64,000 nucleotides of DNA from an uncultured Acidobacteriota bacterium. Lineage in GTDB: Bacteria; Acidobacteriota; Terriglobia; Bryobacterales; UBA6623. Shown here one piece after another: positions 1 through 8,692 of this stretch; within the stretch, counting starts at the first letter, position 1, and the number at the start of each line of letters is the position of its first letter. The position numbers were made by a program, and so were the translations under genes. The stretch covers positions 91,429-155,428 of the forward strand of contig CAWFOP010000021.1 in NCBI GenBank assembly GCA_963817465.1. Reading direction: 5' to 3'. The notes under the pieces are model-generated. The model made no database searches. It was not told the origin of the DNA and saw only the letters and a list, made by a program, of their open reading frames with translations.

Positions 1-335
1 AGATTGACGATCCATTCGCCCATCGCCGGCGGCCGGACGCCGAAAGCCATGTTCTGCGCGTAGTTCGCGCAGGTCGCGTGGTTGTCGCCGCAGATGCCGC
101 AGATCCGGCTCGTGATGAAGTGCGCATCACGAGGATCCTTGTTCTTCATGAAGATGCTGTAGCCGCGGAAAATCGACGACGTGCTATGACACTCCGCCAC
201 TTCCCGATTTTCAAAGTCGATCTTCGTGAAGATGCCGAGACTGCCGACGATCCGCGTGATCGGATCCCAGTTCATCTCAACCAAATTTCTTTTCTTGTCA
301 GATGTGTCCGAAGCGCTCAGCGTGGAGGTGGCCAT
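1..335 (-). CDS. [NiFe]-hydrogenase large subunit, N-terminal 111 codons (gene continues beyond window start)
   Basis: My own minus-strand translation from ATG at 335 gives MATSTLSASDTSDKKRNLVEMNWDPITRIVGSLGIFTKIDFENREVAECHSTSSIFRGYSIFMKNKDPRDAHFITSRICGICGDNHATCANYAQNMAFG. RICGICGDNH is the N-terminal Ni-binding CxxC (L1) motif, in the form I associate with group 1h/5 enzymes. The gene starts 20 nt after the small-subunit stop. It is absent from the ORF track because it has no stop inside the window. Confidence 0.85.
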   Translation of the reverse strand, partial: MATSTLSASDTSDKKRNLVEMNWDPITRIVGSLGIFTKIDFENREVAECHSTSSIFRGYSIFMKNKDPRDAHFITSRICGICGDNHATCANYAQNMAFGVRPPAMGEWIVN

Positions 336-355
336 GGCGGTTGTCTTTGCTCCTC

Positions 356-1417
356 TTAATATCCGCGGGGGTGGTAGCCGGTCGTCAGTTGTGTTCCCGG
401 ATGGCGCCACCTGGGTTCCTTATTGACCGTGGCATTGGTGAACGAACGCAAAGCTCGGATCGCTTTGCCGTACGTGCTGACCATGTTCGTCGACACGCGC
501 GCGCCGGGCGGCGCGTCCATGAAGGGCATGAACTTGTCGGGAAAGCCGGGCATGGTGCAGCCGATGCAGATTCCGCCTACGTTCGGACAGCCGCCGATGC
601 CGGCCATCCAGCCGCGCTTGGGCACGTTGCAGTTGACCACCGGCCCCCAGCAGCCGATCTTGACGATGCATTTCGGCGAGCCGTATTCCTCGGCGAAGTC
701 GCCCTGCTCGTAGTAGCCGGCCCGATCGCAGCCTTCGTGCACCGTGTCGCCGAACAGCCAGGTCGGCCGCAGTTGGTCGTCCAATGGAATCATGGGCGCC
801 AGACCCGCCACTTGGTAGAGCAGATACAGCAGCGTCTCCATGAAGTTGTCCGGCTGCACCGGGCAACCCGGCACGTTCACGATGGGCAATCCGGCCTTCG
901 ACCGCCAGCCCCAGCCCAGGTAGTCGGCCAACCCCATCGCGCCGGTGGGGTTGCCTTCCATGGCGTGGATGCCGCCGTAAGTCGCACAAGTGCCGCAGCC
1001 GACGACCGCCAGCGCGTTCGGCGACAACCGGTCGATCCACTCGTTGGTGGTGATCGGCTGGCCGGTGTTGGAATCGGTGCCCAGCGCCGCCCAATACCCT
1101 TCTTCCTTGATGCTCTCGTTCGGGATCGAGCCTTCGACGACGAGGACGAACGGGTCAAGCTTGCCCTCCGCCGCCATGTACCAATACTTCATGAAGTCGT
1201 CGCCGACCTCGTATGCGATCACGGGATTATGGACATGAACTTTAGGAAGCCCGGGGATCGCGCCCAGGACGATGTCTTCGATGCTTGGTTGCATCGCGGC
1301 CGTGATCGAAACCGAGTCTCCGTCGCAGCCCAGCCCCGAAGTCATCCATACCACGTGAATCTCCGGAACCGGCGAAGGTCGTTGCGTCTTCCGGCCGTAA
1401 GGAATGTTATCCGCCAT
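356..1417 (-). CDS. [NiFe]-hydrogenase small subunit (S1), no twin-arginine signal; probably a cytosolic group 1h-like enzyme
   Basis: 353-aa ORF with the FeS-cluster Cys motifs GLGCDGD, GCGTCATYGG, PGCP, HEGCDR, CIVKIGCWGP and GGCPNVGGICIGC. The N-terminus MADNIPYGRK lacks an RRxF Tat motif. It lies directly upstream of the large subunit. Confidence 0.9.
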   Translation of the reverse strand: MADNIPYGRKTQRPSPVPEIHVVWMTSGLGCDGDSVSITAAMQPSIEDIVLGAIPGLPKVHVHNPVIAYEVGDDFMKYWYMAAEGKLDPFVLVVEGSIPNESIKEEGYWAALGTDSNTGQPITTNEWIDRLSPNALAVVGCGTCATYGGIHAMEGNPTGAMGLADYLGWGWRSKAGLPIVNVPGCPVQPDNFMETLLYLLYQVAGLAPMIPLDDQLRPTWLFGDTVHEGCDRAGYYEQGDFAEEYGSPKCIVKIGCWGPVVNCNVPKRGWMAGIGGCPNVGGICIGCTMPGFPDKFMPFMDAPPGARVSTNMVSTYGKAIRALRSFTNATVNKEPRWRHPGTQLTTGYHPRGY

Positions 1418-1551
1418 ATCCGCCCTCCAGCGCCGTGATCGGTCCGCTTTACGTCGCGAATTGCGCCGTGCGACCCACAGTGCGCCTTATAACTAAGCCA
1501 TGAGGGGGATATGCCGCGAAAGCGGGTGCGCCCCGATCCTTTAGTCGGACA

Positions 1552-1580
1552 TTCCCCGTTAAATCGATCGGGGAATCCCC
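1552..1580 (-). other. Stem-loop / palindrome cluster immediately after the response-regulator stop codon
   Basis: TTCCCCG (1552-1558) pairs with CGGGGAA (1569-1575) around a 10-nt loop. This overlaps the palindrome GGGGAATCCCC (1570-1580). It sits 7 nt after the stop at 1587 and has no clear U-tract. Confidence 0.3.
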
Positions 1581-1586
1581 GGTGGA

Positions 1587-2234
1587 TCAGAGTTTATTCG
1601 TAACCGTCCACTCGACCGCGTAGCGCATCAGCTCGCGCACGCTGCCCAGCGCCAGCTTTTCCTTGAGGTGGGCTTCGTAGGTTTCGACCGTCTTCACGCT
1701 CAGGTGCAGCGCCTCGGCGATCTGTCGTGTGCCGGCGCCTTCGCCCATCAGCCGAAACACTTCGAGCTCGCGGTCCGACAGTCTCGAGATGGGCGAGCCC
1801 CCGGGATCGGCGCCTCGCGCCACTCGATGCAGCATGCGGCTCGAGATGTGATCGCTCACATAGATTTCGCCCGCCAGAATGCGCCGCACCGCAGTCAGCA
1901 CCTTCTCGGTCGCCTTCTGCTTCATGATGTAGCCGTTCGCTCCGGCTCGCAGCGCGCGCTCCGCGTAAGTGTCTTCATCGTGCATCGACAACATCAGCAC
2001 GGGCAGCGTCGCGTTGCGCGCGCGTATCATCTTGAGCAGTTCCAGCCCGTCCGGTCCGTTGAGCGAAATGTCCAAGATCACGAGGTGCGGATTCTGGGTG
2101 TCGACGGCCTTCAATGCGGCGTGCATCTCTTCCGCGTCGCCGCACACTTCGAGATCGGGCTCGCGGTTGATCAGCAGGCGCATGCCTTCGCGAATGATCG
2201 GATGATCGTCCACCACCAAGATCCTCCGCTTCAT
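1587..2234 (-). CDS. Response regulator, NarL/FixJ (LuxR-type HTH) family
   Basis: REC motifs MKRRILVVDDHP and LVILDISL. C-terminal LuxR HTH LSDRELEVFRLMGEGAGTRQIAEALHLSVKTVETY. I chose the ATG at 2234 (GAGGA 9 nt upstream); the longer ORF from the ATG at 2270 is also possible. Confidence 0.85.
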   Translation of the reverse strand: MKRRILVVDDHPIIREGMRLLINREPDLEVCGDAEEMHAALKAVDTQNPHLVILDISLNGPDGLELLKMIRARNATLPVLMLSMHDEDTYAERALRAGANGYIMKQKATEKVLTAVRRILAGEIYVSDHISSRMLHRVARGADPGGSPISRLSDRELEVFRLMGEGAGTRQIAEALHLSVKTVETYEAHLKEKLALGSVRELMRYAVEWTVTNKL

Positions 2235-2277
2235 CGTTTCCGGTCCTCGCTGAAGTTTGGCGGTTTGCATAATTTAC

Positions 2278-3765
2278 CTAATCCCCCGGAAAGTGACATG
2301 TCACGGTCGTGCCGCCGGCGGCCGACGCAATCTCGAGCGAGCCGCCGATCATCCTCGCGCGGTGCTCCATGATCTCGAGGCCCATTCCGCCGCCTTTCCG
2401 CGGCCGCGCCTGAATGCCGCATCCGGAGTCGTGAATGACCAGAGAGCTTTGTCCATTTCCGGCGGACAACAGGATTTCTATCCGCTGCGCGCCGCCATGC
2501 TTGATGCCGTTGTGAATAGCCTCCTGCGCGATGTGAAACAGATGGCTCGCCGCGCTGGGGTCTCGAATCAACACAGGCGGGCCCGGGTCGAAATGGCATT
2601 TTATGCCGAAAACATCCTCCACGTCTCGGGCGAGTTGTTCCAAACCTGTCATTAACCCGTCCGGTTTTGGCGAAATGGGCATCAAGCCCCGAGAAAGTTC
2701 GCGCGCTTTGCGAATCGCGTCATTCACATGCCGCACGATCGTCGCCGCGTCCGCCGCTTCGGGCAGCGATTTCTCGGCTAGCCTCTGCTCGTGGGCCTTG
2801 CTCACGAACGCAATCCCCGTCAGCAGTTGACCCAAGCCGTCATGCAGATCCTGTCCGATACGCCGCTGCTCGCGCCCGCTCGTCTCCAACAAGGCCGCCT
2901 CCAGCCGCTTGCGGTCCGTGATGTCGGTCCCGGTTGCGATGAAATATTGAACGGCGCCGGCTTCGTTGCACAGCATCGTGAGCGCCCACGAAACCAGCCG
3001 GGGAGCGCCGTCCGAACCGCCCCATTGGGTCTCGAAATCTTGGCTCGAGCCTTGCGTCTTCAACTGCTCCAGAGCTTCGCGAAAGCGGTGAGCTTGCTCG
3101 GGAAGCGGTATCAAGTCCCACAAATATCGGTTGTGAACGCGATCCGACGACAATCCCGTCGATTGCGTGCACACGCGGTTGAAGCGCACGATGCGCATCC
3201 GCGAGTCGAGCACGATCACCAACGTTCCCACCGAGTCCAAAATCGCCGACGCTACATTGCGCTCTTGCGCGAGCGCCGCTTCCGCGTTCTTCAGATCCGT
3301 GATGTCAAAGGCGATCCCGTGGATGAACCAAGGTTGACCGCTCGAGCGCCGCATCATGCGCGCCTCGCACTGGAACCAGACGGTCCGGCCCTCCTTGGAC
3401 AGCACCCGATAACCCGACCGCAGCGGCTTGCCCTGCAGCAGCATGTCCGCCGCCTCCACGCTCCAGCGCTCCTTGTCGTCCGGGTGGATCTGCTGATACC
3501 AGCGCACCGGGTCCTGCAGCCATTCGGTCTGCGAGAATCCCAGAGCCTCCTCGATTTGCGGGCTCACGTACGCCTGACCGGCGCCTTGCTCCAAGTCCGC
3601 CATGAACACGACCGCGGGGATCTGCTCCACCAGCGCCTGGTAGCGTGTCTCGACGCTGGGCGACGGCTCCTCGGGGCCAGCCTGGCCGAGCCCGTCCATC
3701 CGCAAGCCGAAGGACCCGGCCAAATCCCTGAGTAGGCTCTCCGCGGCGGCGTCGTAGCGCATCAT
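2278..3765 (-). CDS. Cytoplasmic sensor histidine kinase, two PAS domains + HisKA_3 + HATPase_c
   Basis: H-box RRIGQDLHDGLGQLL, N-box HNGIKHGGA, G-boxes HDSGCGI and GMGLEIMEHRA. PAS-like repeats precede them and there is no TM segment. The real start is MMRYDAAAE at 3765, where the ATG overlaps the upstream gene's TGA (ATGA, 3762-3765). The 216 extra N-terminal residues in the track ORF are an out-of-frame read through the upstream gene. Confidence 0.85.
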   Translation of the reverse strand: MMRYDAAAESLLRDLAGSFGLRMDGLGQAGPEEPSPSVETRYQALVEQIPAVVFMADLEQGAGQAYVSPQIEEALGFSQTEWLQDPVRWYQQIHPDDKERWSVEAADMLLQGKPLRSGYRVLSKEGRTVWFQCEARMMRRSSGQPWFIHGIAFDITDLKNAEAALAQERNVASAILDSVGTLVIVLDSRMRIVRFNRVCTQSTGLSSDRVHNRYLWDLIPLPEQAHRFREALEQLKTQGSSQDFETQWGGSDGAPRLVSWALTMLCNEAGAVQYFIATGTDITDRKRLEAALLETSGREQRRIGQDLHDGLGQLLTGIAFVSKAHEQRLAEKSLPEAADAATIVRHVNDAIRKARELSRGLMPISPKPDGLMTGLEQLARDVEDVFGIKCHFDPGPPVLIRDPSAASHLFHIAQEAIHNGIKHGGAQRIEILLSAGNGQSSLVIHDSGCGIQARPRKGGGMGLEIMEHRARMIGGSLEIASAAGGTTVTCHFPGD

Positions 3766-4964
3766 CGCTCGTTCTCCGCGTCGGTCTTGTCGCCTGTGCG
3801 GCGGTCTCTCCACGCCGGCGCCTTGTTCAGCGACGCTTGCGTAAATCGGCGCAGCGCATGAACCGCCCGGCCGTAGGTGGAAACCGCGCTCGACGACAGC
3901 AGCGATCCCGGCGGCTGGTTCATGAACGGCATGAACTTGTCCGGGAATCCCGGCATCGTGCAGCCGATGCAGATTCCTCCTACATTCGCGCAGCCGCCCA
4001 AGCCTCCCATCCAGCCGCGCTTGCCGACGTTGCACTGCACGACCGGACCCCAGCAGCCCAGCTTCACGATGCATTGCCGCGAGCCGTACTCGTCGGCGAA
4101 CTGGCCTTGCTCGTAGTAGCCGCCGCGGTCGCAGCCCTCGTGCACCGTCTCGCCGAAAAGCCAGGTCGGTCGCAGGGCGTCGTCCAGCGGAATCATCGGC
4201 GAACGACCCGCGGCCATGTACAGCAGATACAGCAACGTCTCGGTCATGTTGTCCGGCTGCACCGGACACCCCGGCACGCAGACGATCGGGACGCCGCCGC
4301 GCGACTTCCACTCCCAGCCCAAATAGTCCGGCAAACCCATGCACCCGGTCGGGTTGCCTTCCATAGCGTGCAGCCCGCCGTAAGCCGCGCACGTCCCGGT
4401 GGCCACCACCGCCCAAGCGTTCGGGGCCAAACGATCGATCCAGTCGCAGGTCCGCACCGGCGCCCCGGATTCGTCCGTCCCGAAGGTCGCCCAGTAGCCC
4501 TCGCCGGCCAGGCTCTCGTCCGGAATCGAGCCCTCCACTACCAAGATGTAAGCTCCTGCTTCATCTCGCGCCGCGCGGCGGAAGTGTTCAATGAACTCCT
4601 CGCCGTTGTCGTAGGACAAAAAAGCGTTGTGAAGTGTGACACGCGGCAGCCAAGGAAGTGAGCCGAGCAGCAGTTCTTCGATGCTCGGCTGGGTGGCGCC
4701 GGTCATGGCGATCGTGTCGCCGTCGCAGCTCAGGCCCGCGTTCAACCAGAGGATTTCGACTTCCTCAATAGGCTTCAATACGACCCCCGCGGTGGACTGG
4801 AGTATTCTAGCCCATCGCCCCTCCGCGCCAATCGGAATTCTGATGCGGCGCTGATTGGCCGGCTCTCCCCCGGGAAAATCCCCGGTACTGGGACCGCCGT
4901 ACTTGCGGTTTCCGCGTCTCACCCAGCCCGTCGGGGGGCCTTCCCACTCGTCCGTTAGTACCAA
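3762..4964 (-). CDS. Orphan [NiFe]-hydrogenase small-subunit paralogue (S2), no adjacent large subunit
   Basis: It aligns with S1 over ~330 aa (roughly two thirds identical by eye) and keeps all Cys motifs: GLSCDGD, GTCAAYGG, PGCP, HEGCDR, CIVKLGCWGP, GGCANVGGICIGC. The start is uncertain. The track uses TTG at 4964. An internal TTG at 4778, preceded by GGGGG, would give an N-terminus of similar length to S1. Confidence 0.8.
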   Translation of the reverse strand: MVLTDEWEGPPTGWVRRGNRKYGGPSTGDFPGGEPANQRRIRIPIGAEGRWARILQSTAGVVLKPIEEVEILWLNAGLSCDGDTIAMTGATQPSIEELLLGSLPWLPRVTLHNAFLSYDNGEEFIEHFRRAARDEAGAYILVVEGSIPDESLAGEGYWATFGTDESGAPVRTCDWIDRLAPNAWAVVATGTCAAYGGLHAMEGNPTGCMGLPDYLGWEWKSRGGVPIVCVPGCPVQPDNMTETLLYLLYMAAGRSPMIPLDDALRPTWLFGETVHEGCDRGGYYEQGQFADEYGSRQCIVKLGCWGPVVQCNVGKRGWMGGLGGCANVGGICIGCTMPGFPDKFMPFMNQPPGSLLSSSAVSTYGRAVHALRRFTQASLNKAPAWRDRRTGDKTDAENER

Positions 4965-5178
4965 TTCACATATGTGTCTTTACACTTAGGCCCCGCAATA
5001 CTTAAGTTGTATGCAGGTCGAGGGGAGCTGCTTAGGACCCTCGGCCGACCGCACTCCCCCTTGTCCGCGAGACGTTCTCGCCCGAAGCGACTCGACGGTT
5101 CCCCCCAGGTGCGACCTCTGATGGCATGCGGACGACGCACGAGCGGAGTTCGGATAGGAAGGGTGTGTAGAAAAATCG

Positions 5179-6216
5179 ATGCGGATTTTGATCACAGGCA
5201 ATGCGGGCTATTTGGGTCAGGCGGTTGCGCGGTTGCTCGCGGCGAACGGCCATGAAGTCGTCGGAGTTGACAACGACCTCTACAAGAGCTGTTTGCTCGA
5301 TGCGGAAACGCATCGCCCGACTCTTCAGATCAAGCGCGACATTCGCGACCTCGAGCCCGGCCACTTCAAGGGCGTCGGTGCGGTCATCCATCTGGCGGGG
5401 TTGTGCAATGAGTCGCTGGTCCGCCTGAACCCGCACCTGACTTTTGAAGTCAACATCGAAGGCGCCTTGGCCGTCGCACGCGCCGCCCGGGCCGCCGGGA
5501 CGCCGCGTTTCGTCTTCGCTTCCAGTTGCGACGTTTACGGCGCCGCCGCGGGACAACGCGTGGACGAAGACGCCCCCTTGCACCCGGACAGCGCCTACGG
5601 AGAATCCAAGGTCTTTGTGGAAGCCGAGCTGGCGAAGCTGGCGAGCGAGCATTTTTGCCCCGTTTCGCTGCGGCTGCCTGACGTCTACGGGTTCTCACCG
5701 CGCATGCGCTTCGACCTGACCGTAAACGGGCTCGCGGGCAGGGCCGCCGCGACCGGCCGCGTTCAGCTTCGGACGCCGCCCGCCGACTGGCTGCCGATCC
5801 TCCACGTCGACGACGCGGCGGAGGCGTTCCGGCTGGCCGCGACCGCACCTTCCTATCAAGTTTGGTCCGAAGCGTTGAACGTGGGCAGCGAGGAGGCGAT
5901 TCACCGCACGCACGACATCGCCGAGACGATCGCCCGCCATTTCGGCGGGGCGCCGGTGGAATTCGCGCTCGAACGGCGGCCGAGGGCCGCCGTCTGTCGC
6001 CCCTCCTTCCAAAAGATCCGCGAGCGGTTGTCCGGGTTCCAGCCCGCCTGGGACCTCGAGCGCGGCGTGATCCAAATGCGCGACGCGTTCTTCAAGAGAA
6101 ACGTGACGGCCGTGGACATCGAAGGTCCGCGCTTCGATCGCTTGGCGCACCTCCGCTGGCTGTTTGACGCCGGTTCTCTGACCGAAAATCTACGCTGGAC
6201 CGCCGCCGCGCCATGA
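5179..6216 (+). CDS. NAD-dependent epimerase/dehydratase (extended SDR) family protein
   Basis: MRILITGNAGYLG Rossmann motif and the SAYGESK (YxxxK) catalytic motif. Confidence 0.8.
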   Translation: MRILITGNAGYLGQAVARLLAANGHEVVGVDNDLYKSCLLDAETHRPTLQIKRDIRDLEPGHFKGVGAVIHLAGLCNESLVRLNPHLTFEVNIEGALAVARAARAAGTPRFVFASSCDVYGAAAGQRVDEDAPLHPDSAYGESKVFVEAELAKLASEHFCPVSLRLPDVYGFSPRMRFDLTVNGLAGRAAATGRVQLRTPPADWLPILHVDDAAEAFRLAATAPSYQVWSEALNVGSEEAIHRTHDIAETIARHFGGAPVEFALERRPRAAVCRPSFQKIRERLSGFQPAWDLERGVIQMRDAFFKRNVTAVDIEGPRFDRLAHLRWLFDAGSLTENLRWTAAAP

Positions 6217-6249
6217 CCGCCTGAGCGTGTGGGGACCTCCCACAACAAC

Positions 6250-6470
6250 AACCGCGCAGCGCGGCCCTCGTCCGGAGGACGAAGCAATTGATAGCCCCGG
6301 CTGGAGCGGAGCGGAACCCGGGGTCCTAAAACGCGATCCAAGATAATCTTTCCAATACTTTCCGTTCATTCGATCCCCGGATTCGGCTCCGCTGCATCCG
6401 GGGCTGTTCGTTGCTCCGCCCTTGCGGGCTCAAAGGCGAGCATCTCGTTTTCACACATGCTCGTAAGGGA
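6250..6470 (-). repeat. Family-1 dispersed intergenic repeat, copy 1 (inverted relative to copies 2 and 3)
   Basis: Its reverse complement aligns almost base-for-base with 35839-36055 (e.g. tgtgtgaaaacgagatgctcg...gcccgcaagggcggagcaacgaacagccccgg...ggaaagtattggaaagattatcttggatcgcgtttt...cttcgtcctccggacgagg). It lies between convergent genes (5179-6216 + and 6485-8578 -). Confidence 0.8.
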
Positions 6471-6484
6471 GCGGTCACCGCCGG

Positions 6485-8578
6485 CTATTTCTTCACCGGC
6501 ATCAACTGCGAAGCGAAGTAGGTGAACTCGAGCGCCGTCCGCATCGCGAGTTGGTCCTGATTCGACGTCCCCCCGTGGCCGCCCTCGATGTTCTCGTAGT
6601 AGTAGAAGGGGTAGCCGTACTCCGCCATCTTCGCCGCCATCTTCCGGGCGTGGCCCGGATGCACGCGGTCGTCCTTGGTCGAGGTGTAGAACAAGACCTT
6701 CGGGTATGACTTTCCGGGCTTCAGGTTCTGATACGGCGAATACTTCGAGATGTACGCCCACTGGTCGGGGATGTCAGGGTCGCCGTACTCGGCCATCCAA
6801 CTGGCGCCGGCCAGTAGGTGGCTGTAGCGTTTCATGTCGAGCAGCGGAGCCCCGCAGTCGATCGCCGCGTAGAGATCGGGGCGCTGCGTCAGCGCCACGC
6901 CCATCAGCAGGCCGCCGTTGGAGCGGCCGACGGCGCCGAGCTTCTTGGGGTCGGTGACGCCGCGGGCGATCAAGTCTTCCGAGACCGCGAAGAAGTCGTC
7001 GTACGCCCGCTGGCGGTTCTGCTTGAGCGCCGCGTCATGCCAGCGCGGTCCGTACTCGCCGCCGCCGCGAATGTTCGCCAGCACTATCACGCCGCCGCGC
7101 GACACCCACAACTTGCCCGCCAAGGCCCCGTGCTGCGGCCGCGACGGGTCTTCGTAATACACCGGGAGTATCGGGATCAAGAAGCCGCCGTAGCCGTATT
7201 GGATCGTGGGAGCATCGCCTTTCTCCAATACTTCCTTACGCCCCATGACGAAGTAAGGGACGCGCGTGCCGTCTTTGCTCTTGGCGAAATGCTGCTCGAC
7301 AACCACGTCGGACGCGTCGTAGAGCTCGGGCAGCGATTGCACCGTCGTCACGCGGTCGTCGGCTGCTACGTGATGCAGCGTCTGGGGCGTCGTCAAACTC
7401 TCGGTGAGCAGGAAGAAGTCGTCTCGCTCGCCGTCCGCGGCCGCGATGCTGACGACGCCGTTCGGAGGGACGGAAATCTCGTGGGCGGTCCAGCCGTTGT
7501 CGCCGCGCGTCAGACGCATGGCCTTGCCGACCACATCGTCGAGCAGCGTGATGAAAACCGCGGTCTTGCCCGCGGCGACGCCGTCGAGCGCCTGATTCCG
7601 CTTTGGCGTGAACACCGACTCCGCCGACATGTCGTCGAGACGCAGCACGATCAACGTCCCTTGGGGATACGTCTCGCCTCTGTGCTTCCATGACTCCAAC
7701 AACTCGGCCAAAATCCGCCCGCCGGTCGCTCCGGCGATGCGCACTCCCTTGGGCAACGGGAGTTCCGTCAGCTCGCCGTTGGTCCGCAGCCAAAAGTACT
7801 TCGACTCATAGAAGGTCAACGACTGCTCCACGATTGGATAAGCTTCGTCGCCGTGGCGCAACACGTACGCCCGGGTCGAGACGTCGTCGATATCGCCCGT
7901 GTAGACGACTTTGGCGTCGTTGAAGTCCTGCCCGCGAGTCCACTTCCGCACCGTACGCGGATAACCCGACTTGGTGCGCCCTTCGCCCCAATCCGAGCTC
8001 ACCAGCAGCGTGTCCTCGTCGATCCAGGCCGCTGAATTCTTGCCCGTCGGGACGACGAATCCCGACTCCACGAACGACTTGCCCGCGAGTGAAAACTCGC
8101 GCTCGATCGAGGCGTCCGAGCCGCCCGGCGAAAGCTCGATCATGCAGCGCTCATACGCCGGTCCCAGGCAGTCCGCGCCGTGCCAAACCCAGTTCTTGCC
8201 TTCCAAAGCCGCGAAAGCGTCGACGTCGAGCAGCGTCTCCCACTCCGGCTTCCCCGTGCGGTAGCTCGCGACTGTCGCGCGCCGCCACAGGCCGCGCACA
8301 TGCTCCTCGTCCTGCCAGAAGTTGTAGAGATAGTCGCCGTGAATATCACCGAGCGGGATGCGCTGCTTCGAAGTTAGAATCGCGAGCGCCTCCTGATGCA
8401 TCGGCTCGTAGCGCGGGTCGGCCTCGAGCTCCGTCAATGAGCGCGCATTTTGCTTGCGCACCCAATCGAGTTGGTCTTTGCCGTCGATGTTTTCGAGCCA
8501 AACAAAGGGATCGCCGGACTGCGCAGCCGCCGAACACGCCCAGGCCAACAACGCCAAGCTAGTGAGGAATCGTTTCAC
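6485..8578 (-). CDS. Prolyl oligopeptidase (S9) family serine peptidase, secreted
   Basis: GRSNGGLLMG nucleophile elbow, a C-terminal DDRVHPGHARK region and an N-terminal beta-propeller-type sequence. A GTG start at 8578 gives the signal peptide VKRFLTSLALLAWACSAAAQ. The track ORF extends to 8674. Confidence 0.8.
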   Translation of the reverse strand: MKRFLTSLALLAWACSAAAQSGDPFVWLENIDGKDQLDWVRKQNARSLTELEADPRYEPMHQEALAILTSKQRIPLGDIHGDYLYNFWQDEEHVRGLWRRATVASYRTGKPEWETLLDVDAFAALEGKNWVWHGADCLGPAYERCMIELSPGGSDASIEREFSLAGKSFVESGFVVPTGKNSAAWIDEDTLLVSSDWGEGRTKSGYPRTVRKWTRGQDFNDAKVVYTGDIDDVSTRAYVLRHGDEAYPIVEQSLTFYESKYFWLRTNGELTELPLPKGVRIAGATGGRILAELLESWKHRGETYPQGTLIVLRLDDMSAESVFTPKRNQALDGVAAGKTAVFITLLDDVVGKAMRLTRGDNGWTAHEISVPPNGVVSIAAADGERDDFFLLTESLTTPQTLHHVAADDRVTTVQSLPELYDASDVVVEQHFAKSKDGTRVPYFVMGRKEVLEKGDAPTIQYGYGGFLIPILPVYYEDPSRPQHGALAGKLWVSRGGVIVLANIRGGGEYGPRWHDAALKQNRQRAYDDFFAVSEDLIARGVTDPKKLGAVGRSNGGLLMGVALTQRPDLYAAIDCGAPLLDMKRYSHLLAGASWMAEYGDPDIPDQWAYISKYSPYQNLKPGKSYPKVLFYTSTKDDRVHPGHARKMAAKMAEYGYPFYYYENIEGGHGGTSNQDQLAMRTALEFTYFASQLMPVKK

Positions 8579-8692
8579 CGCCTCATATTGCCAGATGAAT
8601 CCGCCCGAGGAATCTGCGGCTCCGGAAACGGCATGGTTTCGGCACGTCCGCCGATTGTGCGCTGATGGCGGCATCGCCTAAGATGCTGCTTC

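Noticed and set aside
302-1438. 378-aa plus-strand ORF antisense to the hydrogenase small subunit. Similar long antisense ORFs occur at 8699-10642, 19571-20740, 39290-40876, 41422-42768, 56006-56962 and 57950-59287.
   Set aside because: They are Arg/Ala/Pro/Gly-rich with no motifs, and each lies fully opposite a gene with clear family signatures. These are typical shadow ORFs of high-GC DNA.
3766-4416. N-terminal 217 residues of the 712-aa track ORF (histidine kinase).
   Set aside because: This part is an out-of-frame read through the S2 hydrogenase small-subunit gene. The kinase sequence begins at MMRYD (3765), where the ATG overlaps the S2 stop.
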